In this document: positions 30,905 to 41,474 of the stretch, one piece after another
Numbering within the stretch: position 1 is the stretch's first letter
How the letters are laid out: every line of letters starts with the position of its first letter
Assembly (NCBI RefSeq): GCF_003057965.1
Contig: NZ_CP020921.1
Coordinates: 1,228,916 to 1,292,915, forward strand
Origin: Thermodesulfobium acidiphilum
GTDB taxonomy: Bacteria > Thermodesulfobiota > Thermodesulfobiia > Thermodesulfobiales > Thermodesulfobiaceae
Direction of reading: 5' to 3'
Length of the DNA: 64,000 nt
Translations under genes and position numbers: made by a program
Notes under the pieces: model-generated
Databases searched by the model: none
What the model was told of the DNA's origin: nothing
What the model saw: the letters and a program-made list of their open reading frames with translations, nothing else

Positions 30905-32461
30905 CTAGTATTTCTTTGGCCCTTTAAAAACACCATCAAACCAGTATCCTTTTTCAACTCTACCATCAGCATAATACATTGTCCCAAAACCATGCCTCTT
31001 TGACTTACTCCATTCCCCCTCGTATCTATCACCATTAGCATGTTCTAAAACCCCTTTTCCCTCCCAAAAATCAGAATCCCATTCTCCAACATAGTGATTT
31101 TTATTCGCTGCAAAAAACTCTCCATATCCGTGTCTTTTATCAAACTTCCACTCTCCATCATATATATCCCCCTTAGTTGATATGAATTTACCCTTGCCAT
31201 GCCTTTTACCATCTTTGCACTCTCCTTCGTATCTGTCTCCGTTTGGCCAGGTCAAAACCCCGCTACCCTTAAATTCTCCGTCTTCAAAAACACCTTCATA
31301 TTTTCTACCATCTAAATTTTTTAAAACTATTACACTATAAAATTTTCCATCCCTCCACTCTCCATCACATTCAAGACCGTCAGACAATATCAGTTTACCC
31401 TTGCCAAAAAATTGATCATCTTTAAATTCTCCAACAAATCTACTATTGTTTGGCCACCAAAAAATACCCTTACCATGCATGAAGTTATCCTTAATATCAC
31501 CAAAATATTTTCTACCATCAGGCCAAAAAATTACCCTTTCACCAACAAACCTACTATTTATATATTCAACTTCATATGCTTTCCCATCAAAGTAAATAAA
31601 GCCTTTTCCAGTTATTTTGTCATTAACAAATTGCCCTTCAAAAATTATACCGCTTGAATAAAATATTTTTCCTGAGCCGCATTTTTTCCCCTCTTTCCAT
31701 TCTCCCTCATATTTATCACCATTTTTGTAATAGAATTTACCCCTACCTTCATACAAATCATTTTTCCACAAACCTTCGTATTTTGTTGAATTATGATAAT
31801 ACATTGTCCCAAAACCATTCTTCATTCCATCTTTAAAATACCCTTCATATCTATCGCCATTAGCTGATATAAAAATTCCCCACCCTTCCCATTTATTTTC
31901 TTTCCATTCCCCCTCATATCTATCGCCATTGGGCCAAATGTAAATCCCTCTTCCACAAAATTGATCGTCTTTATATTCCCCTTCGTATACACTACCATTA
32001 GGCCATTTAAAAATTCCCTTACCAAATTTTTTGCCATGCCTCCAAGATCCTTCGTACATCCTTCCATCAGGCCAGATTTCTTTGCCCTGAATTAATTCAT
32101 CATCTTTCCATTGTCCCTCTAATCTAACACCTGATAATGGATTTGTTTCTAAAAATATAAAAACTCCGAACCCCTCCCTTACTCCCTCTTTGAATTCTCC
32201 TTCATATATTCCTTCTCCCTCATAAAAAGCCTTCCCTTTACCATGTTTTTTCCCATTCTTAAACTCACCCTCATATTTATTGCCATTAGGTTCTATCAGT
32301 ATTCCAAAGCCATGTGGAACGGAGTTTAAAAGATCTCCCTTGTATTTTGAACCGTCCTCAAAATATTTCCAGGGATCTACCTTTTTTGAATCTTCAATTT
32401 TTTCTTTCTTTTTATTAAAAACTCTAGTAATTGAATCAAAAATGCCCAATTTTACCTCCAT
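30905..32461 (-). CDS. MORN repeat protein
   Basis: Roughly twenty YEGEWKxxKxxGxGxxxxxNG repeats spanning almost the whole protein. Confidence 0.93.
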   Translation of the reverse strand: MEVKLGIFDSITRVFNKKKEKIEDSKKVDPWKYFEDGSKYKGDLLNSVPHGFGILIEPNGNKYEGEFKNGKKHGKGKAFYEGEGIYEGEFKEGVREGFGVFIFLETNPLSGVRLEGQWKDDELIQGKEIWPDGRMYEGSWRHGKKFGKGIFKWPNGSVYEGEYKDDQFCGRGIYIWPNGDRYEGEWKENKWEGWGIFISANGDRYEGYFKDGMKNGFGTMYYHNSTKYEGLWKNDLYEGRGKFYYKNGDKYEGEWKEGKKCGSGKIFYSSGIIFEGQFVNDKITGKGFIYFDGKAYEVEYINSRFVGERVIFWPDGRKYFGDIKDNFMHGKGIFWWPNNSRFVGEFKDDQFFGKGKLILSDGLECDGEWRDGKFYSVIVLKNLDGRKYEGVFEDGEFKGSGVLTWPNGDRYEGECKDGKRHGKGKFISTKGDIYDGEWKFDKRHGYGEFFAANKNHYVGEWDSDFWEGKGVLEHANGDRYEGEWSKSKRHGFGTMYYADGRVEKGYWFDGVFKGPKKY

Positions 32462-32486
32462 AAAAGCTAACTCAATTTTATAATAT

Positions 32487-33536
32487 CTATAATTTTTTAT
32501 TAATTGCCTCTTGCAAATTTTTAAAAAATCGATTTTCTGGATCTAACAAAAGAGCAGCATCAATATCTTTTTTTGCATCTTTATATTTATTTAATTCATA
32601 TTCATAATATGCTTTTTGAAAATAATAATATTTGTTTTGTGAAATAGATAATGCAGTTTCAATATCATCGAGAGCCCTTTTTGGTTGTTTCAATGAATCT
32701 TCAATTTTTGCCCTCATCGCATAGTAATCACTCTGGTTAGGATCCAAAGATATTGTAAAGTTTAAAGCCTCGAGCGAACCCTGAAAATCACTTAAGTTAT
32801 AAAGAATAGTCCCTTTAAGAAAGAAGAGATCAGGCTTTTTGTTATTGATATCTAATGCTTTGTTCACATCCAATAAAGCGTCCTTATAGTCCTCTTTTTC
32901 CAGCTCAAGGCTTGATTTGAATTCAAGTACTTGCAGCGAATTCGGATATAACGTATAAGCATTATTAATGGTAGATAGTGCGTCATCAATTTTACCATTA
33001 CCCTGTTCTAAGGAAGCTTTGAACAAAAAATATTCAGTCTTCGGCTCTAATTTAATCGCGTTACCAACATCTTCTAATGACTCATCATACTTTTTTTCTA
33101 AATAATAATCAATCGCTCTACCAAAATAGAATTTTGAAACATCATTATTTATCTCAATCGCCCTAGTGTAAAAGTTAATAGCTGTATCAATATTTCCTGT
33201 TTCCTCATTAACTTTTGCTAAACCATAATAAGCTTCACTATTATCAGGATTTAACACAATAGCTTCATTAAAATCTTTCGATGCCTCAGTTAAGTCACCG
33301 TCAACGTAAAAACATTCCCCCCTCAATGTAAGAAATTTATAGCGTAGCGGATTGTTTTTATCCATTTGCAAAAGAGCTTTAGTAAGTTCAATCGAGCAGC
33401 CCAATGCATCATTATTCTTCAGCTTTTCTTCCGCTTTTTTATATGTATCGTCAAAGCCAGCAGCCCAGCTTGCTGCAGCAGTAATAAATATAAACAATAC
33501 TAATAGTAAAATTATCAAACCTCTTTTTATTATCAT
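32487..33536 (-). CDS. Exported tetratricopeptide repeat protein
   Basis: Signal peptide SWA; repeated A..DF..AI.LNP TPR motifs. Confidence 0.9.
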   Translation of the reverse strand: MIIKRGLIILLLVLFIFITAAASWAAGFDDTYKKAEEKLKNNDALGCSIELTKALLQMDKNNPLRYKFLTLRGECFYVDGDLTEASKDFNEAIVLNPDNSEAYYGLAKVNEETGNIDTAINFYTRAIEINNDVSKFYFGRAIDYYLEKKYDESLEDVGNAIKLEPKTEYFLFKASLEQGNGKIDDALSTINNAYTLYPNSLQVLEFKSSLELEKEDYKDALLDVNKALDINNKKPDLFFLKGTILYNLSDFQGSLEALNFTISLDPNQSDYYAMRAKIEDSLKQPKRALDDIETALSISQNKYYYFQKAYYEYELNKYKDAKKDIDAALLLDPENRFFKNLQEAINKKL

Positions 33537-33676
33537 CTTTAATTTATTTTATAACATTTTAAATAGCTTAAAATAATTTTTTAAACCAAATATAAATAAA
33601 ACCTACTCTCGCCTATAAATAAAATTAAATAAAATATTGATATAATTAAAACAAAAAATGAAAGGAGGTACTATTT

Positions 33677-34720
33677 ATAATAGCTTTTCTCGAAATCCTA
33701 ATTCGACCTATCATTCTTTTTATTTCATTTGCACTTTTTGGTTTAATTATAGAAAAACTTATTTTAGCAAGACTTTTAAATACAAAACTCTCCCAAAACT
33801 ACCTAATAAAAATTGTTATTAGGTCATTCAATTGGCTTGTTTCTTTATTTTTTATAACAATAGGTTTACATCTTGCACTTTATAATTATCCTTTTACTTA
33901 TCAGCATTCTTTTCTTATAAACAAAATATTTACTTCATTAGAAATATTTATAGTTTTTTTATTTATAGCTAGAACATCTTCAAAAATCATCGTCCACTAC
34001 TTTTCTAAAAACGACAGCATCTTGCCTGCTACCAGCATTATATCGAACGTAATATTTGTAGCTGTCATATTCTTGGGCATATTAGTAATCCTTGAAGGAA
34101 TTGGAATTTCAGATGTACCCATCATCACAACTTTTGGAGTGGGTGGCTTAGCCGTCTCTCTTGCGCTTCAAGATACTTTGTCTAATTTTTTTTCAGGCAT
34201 TCACATACTGGCATCGAAAAAGATTCAACCAGGAAACACAATAATTCTTGAAAATGGGCAAAGAGGTAAAGTTACGGATATAAACTGGAGAAATACCACT
34301 CTTCTAACTCCAGACAACAATATGATAATAATACCAAATTCGAAAATTGCTACTTCCATAATTACCAACTATTCTTTTCCAGAAGAAAATTTTAGCGTTA
34401 GTTTGCAGATTGGCATTTCATATGACAGCGATCTTGAAGAAATAGAAATAAAAACAATAAATTTTTTAAAAAACTTTGTTCAAAATACACCCGGGTGTGT
34501 AAAGGGTGTAGAACCAATACTAAGGTATCAAAAATTTGACAATTCTTGCATTACTTTTTCTATCTATATTAGAGTACAATCTTACTCGGACCAGTTTATA
34601 GTACTGCATGAACTAATAAAGTCAATTCATAAATTTTATAATGAAAATAATATAGAAATACCATATCCGATCCAAAATATTATTTTAAAAAAATCTAAAA
34701 AATTTAATAATTCTCTTTAA
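33677..34720 (+). CDS. MscS family mechanosensitive channel (start probably ATA 33677)
   Basis: GVGGLAVSLALQDTLSNFFSG, INWRNT, IPNS, IEIPYP; frame open for 115 hydrophobic codons upstream of the ORF-track start. Confidence 0.88.
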   Translation: MIAFLEILIRPIILFISFALFGLIIEKLILARLLNTKLSQNYLIKIVIRSFNWLVSLFFITIGLHLALYNYPFTYQHSFLINKIFTSLEIFIVFLFIARTSSKIIVHYFSKNDSILPATSIISNVIFVAVIFLGILVILEGIGISDVPIITTFGVGGLAVSLALQDTLSNFFSGIHILASKKIQPGNTIILENGQRGKVTDINWRNTTLLTPDNNMIIIPNSKIATSIITNYSFPEENFSVSLQIGISYDSDLEEIEIKTINFLKNFVQNTPGCVKGVEPILRYQKFDNSCITFSIYIRVQSYSDQFIVLHELIKSIHKFYNENNIEIPYPIQNIILKKSKKFNNSL

Positions 34721-34842
34721 ATAAAACTTTCTTCGCTAACATCGCTTTATTATTATAACGATTTCTTTCAGAATATTCACATATAATAAATTCAAAAATT
34801 AAGTCTTACTTTCTTCGAGTTTTTTATGTAAATATTATAAAT

Positions 34843-34900
34843 ATATGATATTATTAACTATTAATTTTAAATATGATATTATTAACTATTAATTTTAAAT
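34843..34900. repeat. 28-bp perfect tandem duplication upstream of RND operon
   Basis: ATATGATATTATTAACTATTAATTTTAA at 34843 and 34871. Confidence 0.85.
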
Positions 34901-34931
34901 TAGTTTATAAACTTTCAAGGGGAGTAAAAGG

Positions 34932-36134
34932 ATGAACAAAATTGATATCAAAAGAAAACTTCCAAAAACCAGAAAAGGAAAGATCATTCTTACCATCTCA
35001 ATTATCGTATTTATAGCCTTATTTTTCTTTGTAAAGAAAGAAATAGAGGTTATGCTCACCCCTCCTGCAAAACCATATTCTGTTGTTGTGAATGTAGCCG
35101 TAGTAAAATCTGGCATTCTCAAGGCTTCTCAAAAGTATCTTGGCGATTTCAGACCAGAAAACGATGCCATTATTACTGCTAGAGTAAGTGCGAAGCTTGA
35201 TTATATAGCAAGTGAGGGCACCCCAGTAAAAATTGGGCAGGTTGTTGCAAAACTCGACTCTAAGGATATTCAATCAAATATCCAATCCCTTGTATACAAC
35301 AAGAGATCTCTTGAAAGCACGCTAAGCGGTGCATACTCTGAAATAGAAGCTGCGAATACCCAGCTTGCGAATGCAAAGAACAATCTTGAAAGATATCAAT
35401 ATTTATATAAAGTAGAAGCGGTCCCAAAAGTAGAGCTTGAAACAATGGAAAACAACTATAAAGCAGCTGAAGCCAATCAAAAAACAGCAATAAGTCATCT
35501 TCAAAGTATTCAGGAAAGCATAAAAAGCGTAGATTCCCAGATTGCATCTCTTGAGGATTCCCTTACTTATAGCGTAATAACATCTCCATTTAATGGACTT
35601 GTTGTAAAAAAATATTTTAATGAGGGTGATACTGTAGTGCAAGGGAAGCCCATATTAGAAATTACAGGAGGCAAAAATTCGCTTGTCTACGTGAGCGTTC
35701 CTGTTGAAATCTCGAGCAAAGTTAAAGTTGGTGATATTGAAACCATTGCTTACAATGGCAAAACTGCTCAAGCAGTAGTAGATGCAGTGCTCTCAAGTTC
35801 TGATAATAATTTAAATATGATAAAACTCAAACTTAACTCCAATCCTTTTAATCTTCCAGCACACACAATGATAGACACATACATTTATACTGGAAGTGCT
35901 AAAGGCTTTATAGTGCCAAATAACTCTATAGTAAAGTCAAAGGGTAAAACATATGTAATTGTTGTAGGAAAAGATAATAGAGCAAAATTTGTTGAAGTAA
36001 ACATACTTGCCCAAAATGATAAAGAGAGTTGTGTTAGTGGTGCTCTTACAGATAACTCAGAAGTAGTTACGGGAGAAGATTCACTCCTTTTGAGAATATA
36101 TGAAAATCAACCTCTCGAAGTGGTAAAAGAGTAG
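34932..36134 (+). CDS. RND efflux periplasmic adaptor (membrane fusion protein)
   Basis: N-terminal TM, lipoyl halves (EGTPVKIGQVVAKLD; ITSPFNGLV), coiled-coil hairpin. Confidence 0.92.
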   Translation: MNKIDIKRKLPKTRKGKIILTISIIVFIALFFFVKKEIEVMLTPPAKPYSVVVNVAVVKSGILKASQKYLGDFRPENDAIITARVSAKLDYIASEGTPVKIGQVVAKLDSKDIQSNIQSLVYNKRSLESTLSGAYSEIEAANTQLANAKNNLERYQYLYKVEAVPKVELETMENNYKAAEANQKTAISHLQSIQESIKSVDSQIASLEDSLTYSVITSPFNGLVVKKYFNEGDTVVQGKPILEITGGKNSLVYVSVPVEISSKVKVGDIETIAYNGKTAQAVVDAVLSSSDNNLNMIKLKLNSNPFNLPAHTMIDTYIYTGSAKGFIVPNNSIVKSKGKTYVIVVGKDNRAKFVEVNILAQNDKESCVSGALTDNSEVVTGEDSLLLRIYENQPLEVVKE

Positions 36135-36137
36135 AAG

Positions 36138-39100
36138 ATGCTTAAATGGTATATTACTAGACCACATTTTGTATTTGCAATACTCATTGCCTTTTTATTA
36201 CTTGGTGTAATAGGTTTTTTTAGCATGTCAAGAGACCTCTTTCCTCCCGCTGATAGACCTCAAATTGCTGTAGTAGTGGTTGAACCAGGTGCTTCTGCAA
36301 GATATGTTGCAGACCATGTCAGTGCAGTCATAGAAAGAGAACTTTATACACTTAGCAATATTAGAAGAGTTTATTCTACTTCCAATGATGGATTCTGCAC
36401 TGTTACAGCGGAGTTTCATTATGGAAAAAATATCGGAGAAGCTAAAACAGATGTCCAAAATGGCCTTTCTAAAATAGCAAATTTATTACCATCTGATATC
36501 CAGACTCCCCAAATATATGAAGTCACGTCCTATTCCCCGCCAGTAATCGTGCTTTCAATTTCCCCAAAAGAGGGATCTAACTTATCGATGCCAGATGTAA
36601 GATATATAGCCGAAAATCAGATAAAAGACGAGATATTAAGAACCGGTAAAGTTGCAAACGTTGACGTTTTCGGCGGATACCAAAAAGACATAGAGATAAA
36701 ATTTAACAATGCAAAACTAGCATCTTTAGGTCTGAGCGTTCAAGACGTAGTAAATACAATACAAAAATCAAACAAAGATATACCACTCGGTATTATTATG
36801 AACCCGAATTCACAATACACATTTAAGGTACTTACTGAAGCCACTAATCTCGATATGATAAGAAATTTTCAGATAACACCTGGAGTAAAACTACAAGACG
36901 TAGCAACAGTAGATTATGGCTATCCTCCTCCCACATCCTTCTACCACGGAAATGGTCATCAAGCAATTGCTGTTGCTGTTCAAAGACCATATGGCGGAGC
37001 AGTAATGACAACTATCAATGCTGTAGAGAACATATTACCCAAGCTTAGAGCACAATTTCCACAACTAAATATTCAAGTAGCAGATACTCAAAAAGAGCTC
37101 GTGCAGCTCAGCAATGATAATATGTTTGAAGCCTTAAGAGATGCGATAATATTTACTGCAATAATAATATTTCTATTTCTTGCTGATTTGAGGCTTACAC
37201 TAATTTCAGCAATTTCAATACCTTTTGTTTATCTTGCAACTATAGCTATAATGTGGATATTAAATATTGGATTTAATATTGTAAGCTTAACAGGAATAAT
37301 TTTAGCTCTTGGAATGCTTGTAGATGACGCAATTGTGATATTAGAAAATATAGAAAGACACCACACCCAGCTAAAAGAATCTCCATTGGATGCAGCCATA
37401 AACGGGACAAAAGAAGTCATGTTAGTAGTTTTTGGAGGAACACTTGCCACAAGCGTGGTTCTTTTGCCACTAATGTTCGTAGGTGGATACCCTGCCCAGA
37501 TCTTTAAACCACTTGCAGGAACATTATTAATTTCTCTTATAGTTTCATACTTTGTCTCTATTACGCTTATTCCAATTCTTAGTATAAAAATGTTAAAGTC
37601 TGAATCCAAAAAATCAAAATTCGAAACAAAAATTAATAAAATTATGGATTACTGGCTCAATCCATTTAAACAATTTTACGCAAATGCAGTAAAATTTTTA
37701 ATAGATAATAAGAAGATGAGAATACCTTTAACCTTACCACTCCTTCCACTTTTAATGTTTAGTATTGGAGTTGTAATTCCTACTATTGGAAGAGATTTAA
37801 TGCCACCAATGGATACAGGCATTGTAAAGGCAAATATAACTTTTGACAGCAATACCTCTATTTTAAAAGTAAATCAAACTCTCTTTACAATAGAAAAATA
37901 CGTAAAATCCCTTGGCGATGTAGAAATGATGTCAGACGCAATAGGCTCAGAACCAGGGGTATTGACCATCTCAGCAGGCCCTCCTCAAGTAGCCGGCATG
38001 ACAATTCACTTTGTAAACAGGTTCAAAAGAAGTGCAACTATCTGGCAATTGGAAGATAAAATCAGAAATTATATTAGAACCCTGCCAGATGTAAAATATG
38101 CAGACGTGTTTGACTATGGCGCTACTCCTTTATCGTCTATAAAAGCCACTCTTGACACTACTATCTATGGAGATAGTGTAGAATCGGTCAATAGAGCTGG
38201 TAATGTTGTTATGCAGGCCATGAAAAACGTTAAAGGCTTAAAGTCTTATTCAAAAAACTGGGATATGGACAACCTGGAATACGTTTTTAAGATCGATCAT
38301 TTAAAAACCGCATATTATCAAACCACTCCGTATGACGTGGCATCTCAGCTATCTGCCGGAATACAGGGAGCCACTGCATCAATCTTTACCGTTCCCAATG
38401 AAACTGGATATTTAATAAAGGTAATACTCCCGACTTCATCAAGAGAATACGTAAAAAGTTTAAAAAGTTTTTTGATAAAAACACCTAAGGGCTTTATCCC
38501 TCTTGAATCTTTTGGTACTTTAAGTACAATTTATGAACCCACCATAATTACTAGAGAAGCAATGAAGTACACTCAAGACGTAATGGGATATCGCTCTACC
38601 TTTCCTGTTACTCACATCATGGAAAGCTTCACACCTGCTCTCCAAAAAGCCATAAAAGATAACAAGGGCAAGATAACTTCCAATGTAGAATTAAAGCAAA
38701 GTGGCGACATCACAACTATGATGGATTCTATGGGAAGGATGCTTAAAGCTATATTAGTGGGATTTATTCTTCTTTATCTGGTACTCGTTCCAATATTTAG
38801 ATCGTGGTTAAATCCTCTTGCTATTATGGCAGCAATACCTTTATCAATAATTGGAGGAGCATGGTCACTCCTAATAGCTGACAAAACCATGTGTCTACCT
38901 GCTATTATGGGCTTTGTTTTACTCTCTGGCATAATTGTTAAAAACTCTATATTAATAATAGATTTTATAAAAACATATCTTGACAATGGATATGGTATAG
39001 AAGAAGCAGTATTACAAAGTATCCACATAAGAACCAGGCCTGTTATGATGACAGCCTTAGGAACTGCGGTTGGTATGATTCCGATAGCTATGCAGTGGGC

Positions 39101-39221
39101 AATTGGGCTCGAGAGACTATCGCCTCTTGCAGTAGTTGCCATTGGAGGCTTGATTTTTGGAACGTTTTTAAGCCTTATTTATGTTCCGTTTTTCTCATAC
39201 TTTCTGACAAAGAAGGGTTAA
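36138..39221 (+). CDS. RND efflux transporter, AcrB/CzcA family
   Basis: 1027 aa, GMLVDDAIVILENI, GIIVKNSIL, RTRPVMMT. Confidence 0.95.
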   Translation: MLKWYITRPHFVFAILIAFLLLGVIGFFSMSRDLFPPADRPQIAVVVVEPGASARYVADHVSAVIERELYTLSNIRRVYSTSNDGFCTVTAEFHYGKNIGEAKTDVQNGLSKIANLLPSDIQTPQIYEVTSYSPPVIVLSISPKEGSNLSMPDVRYIAENQIKDEILRTGKVANVDVFGGYQKDIEIKFNNAKLASLGLSVQDVVNTIQKSNKDIPLGIIMNPNSQYTFKVLTEATNLDMIRNFQITPGVKLQDVATVDYGYPPPTSFYHGNGHQAIAVAVQRPYGGAVMTTINAVENILPKLRAQFPQLNIQVADTQKELVQLSNDNMFEALRDAIIFTAIIIFLFLADLRLTLISAISIPFVYLATIAIMWILNIGFNIVSLTGIILALGMLVDDAIVILENIERHHTQLKESPLDAAINGTKEVMLVVFGGTLATSVVLLPLMFVGGYPAQIFKPLAGTLLISLIVSYFVSITLIPILSIKMLKSESKKSKFETKINKIMDYWLNPFKQFYANAVKFLIDNKKMRIPLTLPLLPLLMFSIGVVIPTIGRDLMPPMDTGIVKANITFDSNTSILKVNQTLFTIEKYVKSLGDVEMMSDAIGSEPGVLTISAGPPQVAGMTIHFVNRFKRSATIWQLEDKIRNYIRTLPDVKYADVFDYGATPLSSIKATLDTTIYGDSVESVNRAGNVVMQAMKNVKGLKSYSKNWDMDNLEYVFKIDHLKTAYYQTTPYDVASQLSAGIQGATASIFTVPNETGYLIKVILPTSSREYVKSLKSFLIKTPKGFIPLESFGTLSTIYEPTIITREAMKYTQDVMGYRSTFPVTHIMESFTPALQKAIKDNKGKITSNVELKQSGDITTMMDSMGRMLKAILVGFILLYLVLVPIFRSWLNPLAIMAAIPLSIIGGAWSLLIADKTMCLPAIMGFVLLSGIIVKNSILIIDFIKTYLDNGYGIEEAVLQSIHIRTRPVMMTALGTAVGMIPIAMQWAIGLERLSPLAVVAIGGLIFGTFLSLIYVPFFSYFLTKKG

Positions 39222-39222
39222 T

Positions 39223-40437
39223 ATTAAATCTATATTAGATGAAGAAAAATATTTAGTTTACGCAAGGGCAATAAGAAGTATTGGTCAGGGAACACTTTTA
39301 ATTGATTTTCCTTTATATCTACATCATATAGGCTGGAACGCTATATCTATAGGTGCTCTCTTTAGCGCCAGCCTGTTTATAAATGGTATACTATCCTTTA
39401 TCTTCGGATTGACTGCAGGAAAATATGATAAAAAAAAATTCATCTTAGGATTTCAGATAATTCTCATACTTTGTGCAACAATTGCACTTCTTACCTCAAA
39501 CAACCTACTTCTTGGGGGCGTTGCTATAATCGGAGGATTTGGCAGGAGTGGTATGGGTGGCTCTGGTCCATTTGCAGTAATAGAGGTCTCCTGGCTAAAT
39601 GACCTGATAAAATATAGCAAAAAATCAGCAATTTTTAGTCTGAATAACTCTTTAATATTTTGTGGTATGAGCATAGGAACAATGATCGCAACTATTCCTG
39701 AATTTCTATCAAAATTTGTTACCTTAGATCTTGCATTTAGATCTATCTTTCTTACCATAATATTCTGGAATATAATTTGCTTTTACCTTATCGCTAAAGT
39801 AAAAAACAACTCAATAACTCAAAGCAATAACATAGATAAAAACTCAGAAAGGATGAAAAATATTGATAAAAATATTAATAAAAGAGAAAATAAAAACTTA
39901 CTATTGTTATTTGCTTTGAATTTACTCAATGGTATCTCTCTGGGTTTCATAATGCCTCTTCTGCCATATTGGTTTAAACTCAAGTTTAACAGCAATGCAT
40001 TTGATCTAGGAATAATATTTACAATTTCACTTTTTATGACATCCCTTTCAAGTATCATATCTATATACGTTGTAAAAAAAATTGGTGCAGCTAAAACCGT
40101 TATCTTTATGAGGTTTGGAGGACTTATATCCTTGGTATTGATGATCTATTCTCCAAGCTCATTATTAGCAGCATTTTTTTATATATTAAGATCTTTTTTG
40201 AATAGAGGAAATATAGGAGCTAGACAAGCTCTTGTCACTAGTATCACTAGAAATAAGGCCACTCTGGCATTGAGCATAAACAACTTTTCACAAATATTGT
40301 CTTTATCTATTGGACCATTCATAACTGGAATATTTTTTGCGCACAAAGACTATATCACTCCATTTATTGTAGGCGCAGCATTTCAAACATTCTATCTTGT
40401 ATGTTTTTATATGTTTTTCAAAAAATTTGAAGTATAG
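39223..40437 (+). CDS. MFS transporter (start probably ATT 39223)
   Basis: Multi-TM, GGFGRSGMGGSGPF; frame extends upstream to give ARAIRSIGQG..DFPLYLH first helix. Confidence 0.85.
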   Translation: MKSILDEEKYLVYARAIRSIGQGTLLIDFPLYLHHIGWNAISIGALFSASLFINGILSFIFGLTAGKYDKKKFILGFQIILILCATIALLTSNNLLLGGVAIIGGFGRSGMGGSGPFAVIEVSWLNDLIKYSKKSAIFSLNNSLIFCGMSIGTMIATIPEFLSKFVTLDLAFRSIFLTIIFWNIICFYLIAKVKNNSITQSNNIDKNSERMKNIDKNINKRENKNLLLLFALNLLNGISLGFIMPLLPYWFKLKFNSNAFDLGIIFTISLFMTSLSSIISIYVVKKIGAAKTVIFMRFGGLISLVLMIYSPSSLLAAFFYILRSFLNRGNIGARQALVTSITRNKATLALSINNFSQILSLSIGPFITGIFFAHKDYITPFIVGAAFQTFYLVCFYMFFKKFEV

Positions 40438-40588
40438 AATAATATAAAAGTTAACAATATATAATACGGTGGAGTAACGTACATAATTTCCTGTAAAAGG
40501 AAAATGATTATCAATAAAGAAATATAAAAGGTCATCATCCTCTAATAGAGTATAGGGTTAGCTAAACCAAAACTATCGGAGGTGGACG

Positions 40589-41170
40589 ATGACCAAATAT
40601 AATATTACCTTAGATAAGGAAATTTTGCACTACCTTTTTTCAAGTAATGACAAAGGCATAAAAATGTTATTAGAACAAATATTAAACCAGATTCTTGAAC
40701 AGCAAAGAACAGAGCAAGTTAATGCTGAACTCTATGAGCATACAGAGGATAGAAAGGCATACAGAAATGGTTATAAAACAAGATGGTAATAAGAAGATTT
40801 TAAAGTAAGATCATGCAGCGCATTAATTGCAACAGGGATAAATGCCAAGGGATATAGGGAAATACTTGGAATAGAAATTGAAAACAGTGAGTCAAAACAA
40901 AGCTGGTCAGATTTTTTCAGACATCTAAAGGAAAGAGGATTAAAGGGTGTAGATTTTGTAATATCAGATCAACATGGTGAACTTGTAAAAGCAGCAGCAA
41001 TATACTTTCAAGGATCAACCTGGCAAAGGTGTCAGGCTCACTTTATCCGTAACATATTAAGTGCATGTCCTAAGCATCTACAAAAGAGTTTAAACAGCTA
41101 TTTAAGACTATTTTTGAAGCTCCTGATTTAGAAACAGCTATAAGACTTTTAAATACAACAATTAAGACCT
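40589..41170 (+). pseudogene. IS256 transposase fragments (deleted, frameshifted)
   Basis: 66-aa N-terminus stops at GYKTRW*, followed by out-of-frame DDE-core fragment ending RLLNTTIKT. Confidence 0.88.
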
Positions 41171-41297
41171 TAAATCGCATGACCTAATTAATAAATTAAT
41201 TTTAGTTGTTAAATTTCATGGCAGTGTAAGATATATCTAAAAAAATGTGAGGTACACTATATGTAAAAATACCTTAAGGTTAAAAAAAGAACTTACA

Positions 41298-41325
41298 TTG
41301 ACATTGAGTAAATGAGATTTATAAT
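41298..41325 (+). promoter_or_regulatory. Consensus sigma70 promoter inside IS remnant, directed outward
   Basis: TTGACA (41298-41303), 16-bp spacer, TATAAT (41320-41325). Confidence 0.65.
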
Positions 41326-41474
41326 TTTAAAACAAGGTTAACTGTAATTGATTTTGTCAGAGGATGAATTTACAGAAAAAATTGTACTTGATCCGGTGGA
41401 AAAATGTTTATATTAGTTATATAATGCTTATTACGTATTTTTAATATAAACATTACATTGTAGGGGAGAACATT

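Larger units (their letters stand above)
40474..41393 (+). mobile_element. Internally deleted IS256-family element, copy 1
   Basis: Imperfect terminal IRs (GTAACGTACATAATTTCCTGTAAA / TTTACAGAAAAAATTGTACTTGATC), flanking CGGTGGA duplication, transposase fragments RNGY, GYREILG, VISDQH, WQRCQAHF. Confidence 0.9.

Noticed and set aside
30905-32461. Periodic DNA repeats that might suggest a CRISPR array
   Set aside because: They are degenerate codon-level MORN repeats in one ORF; no identical repeats with spacers and no cas genes
29525-41393. Possible genomic island bounded by tRNA-Val and the IS remnant
   Set aside because: The accessory genes lie on the tRNA 5' side, and I saw no integrase or duplicated tRNA 3' end
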